From an uncultured Candidatus Saccharibacteria bacterium (GTDB lineage Bacteria > Patescibacteriota > Minisyncoccia > Phycocordibacterales > UBA918), in assembly GCA_964601615.1 (NCBI GenBank), contig CAZRNZ010000002.1:7929-71928 (forward strand): DNA of 64,000 nt, given 5' to 3'. The position numbers and the translations under genes were made by a program. Of this stretch, positions 19,601-27,652 are shown piece after piece. The notes beneath the pieces were generated by a model. It searched no databases. It was not told the DNA's origin and saw only the letters and a list, made by a program, of their open reading frames with translations. Each line of letters opens with the position of its first letter. Positions within the stretch are counted from its first letter, which is position 1.

Positions 19601-20182
19601 AGGACAAAGATGCATGGTCTTAAAACCTTCATAGACCAGACCTTTTTTGTTAAGTTCACTAAAGACCCACCAAACACTTTCGGTGTAAGTAGCATCCATA
19701 GTGCGGTAGTCATTCTCCATGTCAGCCCAGCGACCAAGACGTGGAATAATTTGTTTCCAATCATCACGATACTCCAGCACAGCTTCCCGAGCTGCTTCAT
19801 TGAAGTTCTTTACTCCATAATCCTCAATATCACGCTTAGTAGCCAGACCAAGCTTCTTTTCTATCAAGTTTTCAAGTGGCAAACCGTGACAATCCCAACC
19901 CCACTTACGATTAACTCGATAACCATTCATCGTCCAAAAACGCGGAATGGCGTCTTTGATTGTGCCAGCCAAAATATGACCATAATGAGGAAGTCCAGTA
20001 GCGAATGGTGGACCGTCATAAAATACATAGTCGCCATTTGGAGCTTCCTTTTCTACTGATTTATTAAAAATATCTTGCTCTTGCCAAAACTGTAGAATTT
20101 CTTCTTCACGCAGAGCATTGTCACTTTTTTGCGGGACAGCCAAAGGCTGTCCCGCCTCTTTATGCAAATTTTCCTTACTCAT
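16685..20182 (-). CDS. ileS: Isoleucyl-tRNA synthetase with inserted histidine-phosphatase (PGM-like) domain. Start at MSKENL (20182); an upstream in-frame ATG at 20263 has a perfect SD
   Basis: HYGH (HIGH), WGWDCHGLP, KMSKS, anticodon-binding C-terminus. Insert at about aa 560-755 of the ORF-track protein (nt 18073-18658) has YFVLRHGQAESN (RHG), HTGFSRTKQTAEIL and LFVGHAGSL. Confidence 0.9.
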   Translation of the reverse strand: MSKENLHKEAGQPLAVPQKSDNALREEEILQFWQEQDIFNKSVEKEAPNGDYVFYDGPPFATGLPHYGHILAGTIKDAIPRFWTMNGYRVNRKWGWDCHGLPLENLIEKKLGLATKRDIEDYGVKNFNEAAREAVLEYRDDWKQIIPRLGRWADMENDYRTMDATYTESVWWVFSELNKKGLVYEGFKTMHLCPRCGTTLSNFEVNQGYKDIKDIAVTVKLPLVDEENTSLLVWTTTPWTLPGNFAAAINKDFVYAKIKVGEEFVILAKERLVQLATEDYEIVEEFKGEKLVGRSYVPPFPYWSEKEVTGKENAWKIYHADYVEIGEEGTGGVHLAPAYGEDDMKLAQQHNIPIAHHVDEEGKFMEFISEFECRLVKPKDDESAEITHLDADIEVVRALAAKGILFRKENITHSYPHCWRCDTPLLNYATTSWFVRVTDIKDKLVGENSNVNWVPDHVGKNRFGNWLEGARDWAISRQRYWGAPLPIWRHPETKEYKVFGSLADLTAHTKKSNNQYFVLRHGQAESNVERKIRSNADTPDALTLEGIEQVKNAAKELKGKVDIIIHTGFSRTKQTAEILRDELGLDNSAILEEKGTGEIQIPDFEGKTWAEFNESFANWEERYTKQIGENENYRDLQKRMGEVLYRLDKEHSGKKILFVGHAGSLIALEYAAKGLTPRESEKYHQENGELKNGQWREIEFTPIPHNDNYELDYHRPYIDDFEAFDTDGTKLERVKDVFDCWFESGSMPYAQHHYPFENKDNFKGCFPADFIAEGLDQTRGWFYSLIVLGTSIFDVSPYKNVIVNGLVLAEDGRKMSKSLRNYPDPMELVDRIGSDAIRYYLLSAPIMRGEDLNFSEKEATELMRKNIGRLHNVLQMYEMFASSGVESRGDSTHVLDRWILSRLNQLIAESTEGFKKYELDKATRPLVDFIDDLSVWYLRRSRDRLKGEDVADKNLALRTLRYILKNLSLVMAPSMPFYAEYLWARVKSDSDEESVHLSSWPEVVSFDPVVLGEMSLVREFVTTALEARTKSGIKVRQPLKNLTLNIEMEAEYANIIADEINVKEIAFNPNSEERVVLDIEITPELKMEGDARDFIRAVQDLRKQKGLQPSDRISLIVQTSDSGEEVVKTFEGEIKRVTGTDTITFGDAAGAEIVAGESTYTVELK

Positions 20183-20446
20183 ATTTATGTATATCAGACA
20201 TTTATTTCCGGTATCTGAGTAAAATTTCAACGTGATGCGTTTCTTATAAATATCACTTCGCATCGTCACCTCCTGATTTTCGACTACAACTTGTCGTTCG
20301 GTCTCACTGAACATAAAGTTCAGCTCGTCCTCCACACCTTCGTTTCGCCAGAAAATCAGGAGGTTTTAGATTGCGATGAAATTTTACCCAGACACCCTAC
20401 ACAGATATCAGCTGTGTAATTTGATAGTATCACGATAAATATATAA
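20183..20446 (-). promoter_or_regulatory. ileS 5' leader with SD-sequestering long-range helix; candidate T-box-like or other translational riboswitch
   Basis: CCUCCUGAUUUUC (plus 20348-20360) is perfectly complementary to GAAAAUCAGGAGG (plus 20268-20280); the latter contains an AGGAGG SD 5 nt upstream of the in-frame ATG at 20263; a 5' hairpin ACACAGCUGAUAUCUGUGU has Ile codon AUA/AUC in its loop; UAGGGUG resembles the T-box core. Confidence 0.35.
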
Positions 20447-20478
20447 AGAAAAACCGCACGATATCGTGCGGTTTTTCT
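20447..20478 (-). terminator. Intrinsic terminator (first of tandem pair upstream of ileS leader)
   Basis: aaaaaccgcacgatatcgtgcggttttt. Confidence 0.7.
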
Positions 20479-20490
20479 TTTTCTTGATTA

Positions 20491-20524
20491 TAAAAACCGG
20501 CGAGCGTAGCTCGCCGGTTTTATT
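20491..20524 (-). terminator. Intrinsic terminator (second of tandem pair, ends the tag-ogt transcript)
   Basis: aaaaccggcgagcgtagctcgccggtttt. Confidence 0.7.
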
Positions 20525-20637
20525 TAATGCCAAGGTCTATGACGATGCTGATAAGCATCCATCACCTTCAGGCCAACAGCAATTGCTACTGCACTCAGGC
20601 CAACAGCCGCAACAGGAAGCAAGATATTAAAGAGCAT

Positions 20638-21435
20638 TTAATTCTCCTCCTTTATAAACGCCCCTTCTTTAGTCAACAACAATAACTTATCGCCTCTTAA
20701 ACCATTGTAGCCACCAATATTATTTTTAGCAACTACTCGATGACAAGGAATCTTCTTATTTTGATTCTGTTTCATAATTACACCAACAGCACGAGCTGCT
20801 GAGTAATTACCAGCAACTTTTGCCACCTCTCCATAAGTCATTACTTGTCCTTTGGGGATATTTTTTACTATTTGTAAAACCTTTGCTTTAAAAATATCTT
20901 TATTAATTGAACAATCTTTATCATGTGGACTAGTTAGATAGCCAATACTCTGCAAAAACTCTTTCATTATTTCCCCACCAATAAACTTGAAGCCTCTTTT
21001 CTTAAATATTTTTATCCAACACTTAATTCTATCTTCAACAGAATTAAGTGTTGGATCCAATAAATCTAAATCTTTAGATTGCTTCAAAAGCCATAAGCTG
21101 AAAGACCCTTCTTCCCTTTGAATATATTTAATTATTTTTGCATTATTTATTAATGCTTCTATCTTCAAACGATTACGTACAATCCCGGCATCACTCAATA
21201 ATCTCTCCACGTCTTTTTGATTGAAGCGAGAAACTTTTTCTATATCAAAATTTTCAAAAGCTTTATTAAAAGCTTCCCGCTTTTTCAACATTAAGTCCCA
21301 AGACAATCCAGCCTGATTTATCTCTAAGGCTAAGCGTTCCAAGAGGATATTATCGTTATCAACAGGAAAACCATATTCATGGTCATGGTAATATTTATGG
21401 AGTTCGTTATTTTGAGAGATTTTACAATATGACAT
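20638..21435 (-). CDS. Fusion: DNA-3-methyladenine glycosylase I (Tag) N-terminal + O6-alkylguanine-DNA alkyltransferase (Ogt/MGMT) C-terminal domain
   Basis: Tag region HDHEYGFPVDNDNILLERLALEINQAGLSWDLMLKKREAF; C-terminal YGEVAKVAGNYSAARAVG...IPCHRVV (PCHR active-site cysteine). Confidence 0.75.
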   Translation of the reverse strand: MSYCKISQNNELHKYYHDHEYGFPVDNDNILLERLALEINQAGLSWDLMLKKREAFNKAFENFDIEKVSRFNQKDVERLLSDAGIVRNRLKIEALINNAKIIKYIQREEGSFSLWLLKQSKDLDLLDPTLNSVEDRIKCWIKIFKKRGFKFIGGEIMKEFLQSIGYLTSPHDKDCSINKDIFKAKVLQIVKNIPKGQVMTYGEVAKVAGNYSAARAVGVIMKQNQNKKIPCHRVVAKNNIGGYNGLRGDKLLLLTKEGAFIKEEN

Positions 21436-21450
21436 TTTGTCTATTGTAAC

Positions 21451-21482
21451 AAAAAGCGCCGCCCCTTGGGGCGGCGCTTTTT
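21451..21482 (-). terminator. Intrinsic terminator ending the RNase P RNA
   Basis: aaaaagcgccgccccttggggcggcgcttttt. Confidence 0.7.
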
Positions 21483-21835
21483 GGTCGATAAGCCGGATTC
21501 TGTCAGAACCTAAGTTCTGTGATGATTATTTACCTAGGCGAATTGTTACCAACCCGCTCGAGCGGTTCAAACCAAACATCAGCTTTGCATTTCAATTTTT
21601 CAAATACAAAGCTGATGTTTGGAATACGACCTTGCACACCAGTAAGGATTTAGCCGTTTCACCCCATCATTTCGTTTGATGATGAGCTACCCATCACAGG
21701 GTCTCCTCTCTTTCGAGAAAGAGCGTCTCTGCTCGCACCTCTCGCGTTGCCGCGTGCGGGAATTACCCACTACCGTTCTTGGCAAAAGCCAAGTGTGTGT
21801 CCGGACTTTCCTCACTCAACCGAAGTTAAGCGCAA
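21483..21835 (-). ncRNA. rnpB: RNase P RNA (bacterial type A-like)
   Basis: Minus strand carries GGAAAGUCCGGAC (P4 5' strand), GGGUGAAACGGC and ACAGAAUCCGGCUUAUCG (P4 3' strand); terminal helix GCGCUU/AAGCGC; GC-rich, no real ORF. Confidence 0.75.
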
Positions 21836-21884
21836 TCATCTGACTCTTTTATTATACCACAAAATACAACCTTTTGCAAAGAAG

Positions 21885-22496
21885 TTACGGTAATTGCACT
21901 ATATACCACTTCCATATCCCCTCTTTAGAAAATCCGTCCATAGTACCTTTTTTAAGTATCTTCCAACCTCTGTCCTTCATTATTTTTTGCTGTTCATTAT
22001 CATTAAGAATAGTGAAGTGTCTTGAATCTGATTCTATACTCTCGCTATTAGGATGTTCTGTGGGTAGACTCAGGTATCCAATCGCCCCCTTCTTTGTAAT
22101 TGATTCTATATTCTGAAACATAACTTCCCACTCTTCAAATGGTACATGCATCAAAACAGAACCTGCCCAGAAACCGTTATATCTTTTATTTGGCAAAGTT
22201 TTTTTATCCGCCACATCAGCCTGATAAAAAGTTAACTGAGGATAACGACGTCTAGCTATCTTTAAAAAAGAATTTGCTATATCCAAACCTTCGTATTTCA
22301 AATTCCTACCAATACCTAAAAATAAAGGAACATGTATTCCCCAGGCACAACCAATATCTATTACGCTGTCCTTATCCTTAAGTAAAGAAGAAAATATGGT
22401 GAAGGACTTTTCGTTATAGAAAGAATTAGTTTTTCTCTCAGTCCACTTCTGATAATTCTTTTCGTAATATTGTTTTGTGAGATTCTTCTTTGGCAT
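21885..22496 (-). CDS. Class I SAM-dependent methyltransferase; start trimmed to MPKKNL
   Basis: VIDIGCAWGI glycine-rich SAM motif, LDIANSFL, YQADVAD. Confidence 0.6.
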   Translation of the reverse strand: MPKKNLTKQYYEKNYQKWTERKTNSFYNEKSFTIFSSLLKDKDSVIDIGCAWGIHVPLFLGIGRNLKYEGLDIANSFLKIARRRYPQLTFYQADVADKKTLPNKRYNGFWAGSVLMHVPFEEWEVMFQNIESITKKGAIGYLSLPTEHPNSESIESDSRHFTILNDNEQQKIMKDRGWKILKKGTMDGFSKEGIWKWYIVQLP

Positions 22497-22501
22497 TTTC
22501 T

Positions 22502-24187
22502 TTACATCTTCTCTGGAGCCTTGATAGCCAAAAGCCAAAGTCCATTCTTGATAGTTTGTTTTACCGACAAAGCTACAACCGCTTTATATGAAGCATATTC
22601 ATCTGAACTATCAGCAATCCTTTCACTTGAGTAAAACGAATTAAAGGCTGCTGCTAACTCCACCAAGAAAGTTGCTACCTGATGTGGTTCCCTATCTTCA
22701 AAAGCACTTTCTACTACCTCTTCAAATCGATAGAGAATCTTTTCTACCTCGTAGGCATCGGCCGGCATTTTGCCTGAACGTAGCTCCGGCAAAATACCAG
22801 CACCTTTTGCTTTCTCCAAAACCGAAGAAATACGTGCATGTGTATATTGTAAATATGGACCTGAAGCTCCTTCAAAAGAAAGTGCCTGTTCTTTATTAAA
22901 GATAGAATCCTGATAGATACTTCCCTTCAGTGTTGCATACTTAATTGCTCCAATAGCAATATCGCGTGCCATTTCTTCATCCACCTCCCCGCCAGATTCC
23001 TTCATTTTATCTTTGGCAGCTTCAGTAATTTCATCAATAAAACTAATCGCTGAAATCACATCGCCGGTACGAGATGACATCTTACCTGTTGATAGTCTCA
23101 CCATTCCATGTCCGATATGTTCAGTTTTTTCTGCTAGTTCTGGATAAACAAAACTCATCGCCTTAAGCAAAACTTTGAAGTACTCATTTATCTCTTTAGC
23201 AGTAGAAATAACCGAGTGATTATAAAAAGTATAATCAGACTTTAACTTCGCCAAAGCTAATTCTTTGGCTTCATAAGTTGGTAAACCTTGTGAATTTAAA
23301 AACACTCTGGAATGCAAACCATATTCTTCTCCTTTAAATACCCTAGCTCCATCACTCTCTGGAAACACTTCAGGATTATTTAATACCAATTCCTTTCCAA
23401 TTGGTGCCGCCTCGCTCTCGAAGAAATAGTGATCAAACTTCGTATCAACCATTTCATAAATAGTTTCAAAATAATCGAGAGAAACTTTCCTACCTTTGTC
23501 GTACAGTACATTGATCTCTTCATCACTTCTTTCGTAAACAGCTTTATTGATGTTTTTTATCTCACCTGTTGCCGTCTCATTTTCTTTGTTGGCCGTTGCT
23601 CCTAGTGCATAGGCCTTACCTAAATCTTTAGCAGTAAAATCACTGTCAGCCGAAATACCGAGCTGCTTCATACCATAAATTGCACAGGCTACATGAAGTC
23701 CAACATCACCCTGGTAATTCACTCGACGAACATCAGCACCTTGTGCCATAAATAGACGAGCAATTGATTCCCCTACTGCATTGGTAAATAAATGACCAAT
23801 ATGAAATTCCTTAAATGGATTTGGGTCGGTATATTCTGCTAAAACAATCTTTCCTTTCCAATTATCATTAAATCCCCACTTATCTCCAACTTGATTGATG
23901 CGCAAAATTTCTTGTGTAAAGAAATCACGAGCTAAATAGAAGTTAATAAAACCTGGACCAGCCACTTCAATCTTATCAATATATTCAATTTCTCCAGTTA
24001 ATTTAGCTACAATTCTTTCTGCTAATTCTCTAGGATTACTTTTTGCTTCTTTTGCGGCAGACATCGCTACATTAGTAGCATAATCTCCATTCACTAAATC
24101 TGCCGGATGCTCAACCACAAAATCAGGTATTACAATACCCATTTCGCTCAAGACATCAATAATCGCTGTTTTAATAACATCCTTCAT
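22502..24187 (-). CDS. argS: Arginyl-tRNA synthetase
   Basis: N-terminal Add-1 domain, HIGHLFTNAVGESIARL, MSSRTGDVI (KMSK-like), DALR C-terminal anticodon-binding domain. Confidence 0.9.
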   Translation of the reverse strand: MKDVIKTAIIDVLSEMGIVIPDFVVEHPADLVNGDYATNVAMSAAKEAKSNPRELAERIVAKLTGEIEYIDKIEVAGPGFINFYLARDFFTQEILRINQVGDKWGFNDNWKGKIVLAEYTDPNPFKEFHIGHLFTNAVGESIARLFMAQGADVRRVNYQGDVGLHVACAIYGMKQLGISADSDFTAKDLGKAYALGATANKENETATGEIKNINKAVYERSDEEINVLYDKGRKVSLDYFETIYEMVDTKFDHYFFESEAAPIGKELVLNNPEVFPESDGARVFKGEEYGLHSRVFLNSQGLPTYEAKELALAKLKSDYTFYNHSVISTAKEINEYFKVLLKAMSFVYPELAEKTEHIGHGMVRLSTGKMSSRTGDVISAISFIDEITEAAKDKMKESGGEVDEEMARDIAIGAIKYATLKGSIYQDSIFNKEQALSFEGASGPYLQYTHARISSVLEKAKGAGILPELRSGKMPADAYEVEKILYRFEEVVESAFEDREPHQVATFLVELAAAFNSFYSSERIADSSDEYASYKAVVALSVKQTIKNGLWLLAIKAPEKM

Positions 24188-24245
24188 AATTCACAACACA
24201 ATAGCAAAAAAAATAGGCGCATGCGAGTATCGCATGCGCCAAATT

Positions 24246-24446
24246 TTAGTTGGACTTCTTCGGAAGTTTTCTTCGACTAATAACTACTTCCACTTTTTTC
24301 TTATCATTAGATAGTCCAATCATAGATGCACTGTCAGCACGCTTGTCACTCTTCCTTTCTGGAGGAGCAAAAATTGATTGAGCCCTGCGAGCACCAGCTC
24401 GCGAAGCAGTGCGTGACATCCATCTTTGATTGCCGCCAACAAACAT
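24246..24446 (-). CDS. Small basic hypothetical protein
   Basis: 66 aa, Arg/Lys-rich; followed on minus strand by hairpin ggcgcatgcgatactcgcatgcgcc + T-run (24190-24240). Confidence 0.35.
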   Translation of the reverse strand: MFVGGNQRWMSRTASRAGARRAQSIFAPPERKSDKRADSASMIGLSNDKKKVEVVISRRKLPKKSN

Positions 24447-24499
24447 TTATATTTTCTCCAAAAGAACCTTACTCTTTCATTATAACACAAAAGTACCTA

Positions 24500-25597
24500 T
24501 TAATCAATTCTTGTAACTAAATCCTCTGGTGTTGAAGTGCTATCTATTTTAAATTTCTCTCTTCCCAAAACTTGTCCTCTTCCCGTTTCCACCGTACATC
24601 GCCAAGCACCATCTCTAAAGCTACCTATCTGAGTATACCCTCGGTAACCATTATCACGACCACCATATATGTGATACGGGATACGAGCATGAGTTACCCA
24701 TCCCTCATTTTCATCTTTATATTCCCAACGATGATAAATCTCGGTATCGAGTCTAGTTGGTGTAAATATGCGAGCAAAACAAAAGACGTTATCACCGGGC
24801 TTAGGATGAAAAGTTGTATCTGAATTTTTCCAAAAAAACCACCAGGGTCCATCTTCATATTTAAGCTGATAATCACCATTTTCAAACCTAATTACTGAGT
24901 GATATATGCCAGCATCTTTTATTGATAAAGGAATGGGTGGAATGATATTGAGAAAATATAAAAAATTTAAAACTACAAAAATACTGCCGATGGAAAATAC
25001 CACTACACGCATATGCATAGCCATAAAATTCGGTATTATCAGTTTTAGTATAAAGAGCAAAATACCCATCACTATCAGTGCCAATATTCCACTACCTACA
25101 AAAACCCACTCTCCCATTTTACCGAGCAGTACAGGCATCACTAAAACCATATACGAAAATAGTCCAATGAAGAACATTGATAGAGTAAGCACTAGACGAC
25201 TAGAACGTTCTTTCACTGTTTCGTTTAAATAAATAATTCCAATGATAACCAACAAAAATGGCCAACTATCACCAAGAGACGAGCTTCTTCCATAGAAAAT
25301 AAGCATCCCTGATAATAAACCTCCAAAAGCATACTGCACTGCAACAGAAGCAAAGACTCTTCCCTTCTGATTTAAACTATCAGGTAATCTACCTGATACA
25401 GCAGCATAAAGAAGTATTATTCCTACCATCGACAGAGTGACATAGAAAAATAATATTAAGTTATCGATTATGTCATCTACTTTATTGAGAAGAATTAGGT
25501 CTGTAACAAATCCTAGAATAAACGCCACAGTGAGCCAGTGTTTTTTAACCGTACGTCCAACATATGAATCAGTTATTCTCTTCAGAGTTTTTCGCAT
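24500..25597 (-). CDS. Polytopic membrane protein with C-terminal soluble domain (hypothetical)
   Basis: 365 aa, about 7 TM helices then HRWEYKDENEGWVTHARIPYHIYGG domain. Confidence 0.55.
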   Translation of the reverse strand: MRKTLKRITDSYVGRTVKKHWLTVAFILGFVTDLILLNKVDDIIDNLILFFYVTLSMVGIILLYAAVSGRLPDSLNQKGRVFASVAVQYAFGGLLSGMLIFYGRSSSLGDSWPFLLVIIGIIYLNETVKERSSRLVLTLSMFFIGLFSYMVLVMPVLLGKMGEWVFVGSGILALIVMGILLFILKLIIPNFMAMHMRVVVFSIGSIFVVLNFLYFLNIIPPIPLSIKDAGIYHSVIRFENGDYQLKYEDGPWWFFWKNSDTTFHPKPGDNVFCFARIFTPTRLDTEIYHRWEYKDENEGWVTHARIPYHIYGGRDNGYRGYTQIGSFRDGAWRCTVETGRGQVLGREKFKIDSTSTPEDLVTRID

Positions 25598-25694
25598 AAA
25601 GAAATTGTAACATTAAGGTCTAAAATAAAGCGTAATTGACTATCTATAATTAATCATTTAGTCTGAGTAAAGTAAGTACAAAAAGGACAATTAG

Positions 25695-26132
25695 ATGGAA
25701 AATCAGACTGATCCTCCAAAGCAGACTCTTGATTCTCTCAATAAATATATTCACAGCCGAAGATTTGTTGGTCCTTTAGATATGATTAAAGACTACAAAT
25801 TGGTTGCTGGTATTTTGTTTAAAAGATTCAATGAACGAAAATCTCGTTCATTGTTTACCGATAGTGAACAGCCATATATTCTGGTTACTAATTGGTACGA
25901 TTTTTCACCAGCAACATCATATCGGCACATCCCTATTGACCCATCGACAATTGAGCAACTAAAGATCAAAAGAGTAATAGAAGAAAGTATGCACTTCTGG
26001 GGACAATGGTATCTGAACAATAGAGGTAAAAAGTTAGTAGTTGAACAATGGTTCAATCCTGACTTTATCACCGACACTCTTTCTGCTGGTGCGCTTATAG
26101 ATATTAAAACTGGTGAAAAATATTGGAGTTAA
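25695..26132 (+). CDS. Hypothetical cytoplasmic protein
   Basis: 145 aa; isolated plus-strand gene with its own terminator. Confidence 0.5.
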   Translation: MENQTDPPKQTLDSLNKYIHSRRFVGPLDMIKDYKLVAGILFKRFNERKSRSLFTDSEQPYILVTNWYDFSPATSYRHIPIDPSTIEQLKIKRVIEESMHFWGQWYLNNRGKKLVVEQWFNPDFITDTLSAGALIDIKTGEKYWS

Positions 26133-26168
26133 AAAGAGCCGGCACGCTTTGCGTGCCGGCTCTTATTT
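26131..26168 (+). terminator. Intrinsic terminator
   Basis: aaaaagagccggcacgctttgcgtgccggctcttatttt. Confidence 0.75.
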
Positions 26169-26311
26169 TAAGACTAACCTCCCACCATACAAGACTTTCC
26201 TAAATTCGATAATATGCGAGGAGAACTAGGAAAATAATGCGGATGGGACGAGAGTCCAGTGAGCATTATTTTCCGAAGCGCGACAAAGCAGATTGCGAAT
26301 TTAGGAAAGTT

Positions 26312-27577
26312 CTAAACAAAGGACTCTGGTACTGGGAACTTAAGACATAATTCCTCCACCTCAGCACGGAAGCTTCGCTTCCGTGCCTCATCATCTTTAT
26401 TCCTTAAAGTCTCAATCATTATTTCTGCAATTCTGGATGCCTCACCTTCTTTCATATTACGAGTAGTCATTGCTGGAGTACCAAAACGAATTCCTGAAGG
26501 ATCCATAGCCGAACGAGTTTCATCAGCAATCATATTTTTATTGAGTGTAATACCGACGGAATCTAGTACTGTCTCAGCTTCCTGACCAGTAACACCGAGT
26601 GAGCCAAACACATCAGCCAAGATAAGATGATTGGAAGTTCCACCACCCAGCATCCGCACTCCCTCGCGAGCAAAGACTGCCTCCATCGCTTTAGCGTTTT
26701 TGAGAATCTGAGCGGCATACTCTTTAAAAGCTGGACTGAGGGCTTCACCAAAAGCTACTGCTTTACCTGCTACTGCATTCATATGAGGACCACCCTGCAA
26801 CCCTGGGAAAACTGCCTTATTTATCTTCTTAGCAATTTCTTCATTCTCCCGAGTAAGAATCATGCCGCCGCGTGGACCGCGCAAAGTCTTGTGAGTGGTG
26901 GTAGTAATCACATCAAATCCATCAGTAAAAGGATTACGTGCAACACCTCCGGCAATAAGTCCGGCAATATGCGCCATATCGGCCACAGTATAAGCTCCTA
27001 CCTCATCAGCAATTGATTTCATTTTAGCGTAATCAAGCTCACGACTATAAGCAGAAAAGCCAGCTAAAATAATCTTTGGTTTTTCACGTAAAGCTACTTC
27101 GCGCAGTTCATCGTAATCAATTTCACCAGTATCTGCATCCTTCATTTTGTAACGTACAAAATTGAATACTTTGTTGATAGAAGTAGTTGGATGACCATGA
27201 GTAAGATGTCCACCATGAGAAAGATCCATCCCAAGTACAGTGTCTCCCGGTTCCATTAAAGCGAAGTACATTGCCACATTAGCGGGCGCACCAGAGAGGG
27301 GTTGTACATTAGCAAACTGACAATCAAATAATTTCTTCGCCCGTTCAATCGCAATAGTCTCAACAATGTCTGTGTACTCTTGTCCTCCGTAATAACGCTT
27401 ACCTGGGTAACCTTCGGCGTACTTATTTGTCATCACCGATCCGTTCGCTTCGCGAACGGCTTTTGACACATAATTCTCACTCGGAATCATCTCCAAGCCT
27501 TTTTCCTCTCTTTTTTCCTCACCTTCTAAAGCAGCAAATATCTCTTCGTCTTGTTTTTTTATAAAATCGTAGCTCAT
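26312..27577 (-). CDS. glyA: Serine hydroxymethyltransferase
   Basis: TNKYAEGYPGKRYYGG, HLTHGH, TTTTHKTLRGPRGG (PLP-lysine region). Confidence 0.9.
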   Translation of the reverse strand: MSYDFIKKQDEEIFAALEGEEKREEKGLEMIPSENYVSKAVREANGSVMTNKYAEGYPGKRYYGGQEYTDIVETIAIERAKKLFDCQFANVQPLSGAPANVAMYFALMEPGDTVLGMDLSHGGHLTHGHPTTSINKVFNFVRYKMKDADTGEIDYDELREVALREKPKIILAGFSAYSRELDYAKMKSIADEVGAYTVADMAHIAGLIAGGVARNPFTDGFDVITTTTHKTLRGPRGGMILTRENEEIAKKINKAVFPGLQGGPHMNAVAGKAVAFGEALSPAFKEYAAQILKNAKAMEAVFAREGVRMLGGGTSNHLILADVFGSLGVTGQEAETVLDSVGITLNKNMIADETRSAMDPSGIRFGTPAMTTRNMKEGEASRIAEIMIETLRNKDDEARKRSFRAEVEELCLKFPVPESFV

Positions 27578-27652
27578 AGCAAAATCACATTTACTTAATC
27601 CTAATAATTCGGTTTTAAGTTGTGTCAGATCATAAGCGTAAGAAAAATAAAA

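Noticed and set aside
16758-20059. Multiple plus-strand ORFs (for example 16758-17075, 17504-17767, 19019-19360, 19562-20059) inside ileS
   Set aside because: They are antisense to a highly conserved essential gene, and their low-complexity translations are ORF-finder artefacts. The same applies to antisense ORFs inside polA, argS, glyA, nrdA/B and the giant protein.
20183-20335. N-terminal 51-aa extension of ileS in the ORF track (MEDELNFMFSETERQ...)
   Set aside because: The first 24 codons lie inside the structured leader helix and lack an RBS. Real initiation is more likely at 20263 (SD-preceded) or 20182 (conserved IleRS N-terminus). I kept it as the regulatory leader rather than CDS.
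21437-21679. 80-aa plus-strand ORF in the ORF track
   Set aside because: It lies entirely within the minus-strand RNase P RNA gene. It has GC-rich non-coding character and no SD, so it is spurious.
24246-24446. Assignment of the 66-aa basic protein to a specific ribosomal protein family (L28/L32/L33/S21)
   Set aside because: It lacks the family-specific Cys or conserved motifs, so it is left as a hypothetical basic protein.
26170-26310. Possible SRP RNA or 6S RNA in the glyA downstream intergenic region
   Set aside because: It lacks the SRP domain IV consensus (GGAAGGAAGCAGC-like) and the 6S central bubble architecture. It is kept only as an inverted-repeat observation.
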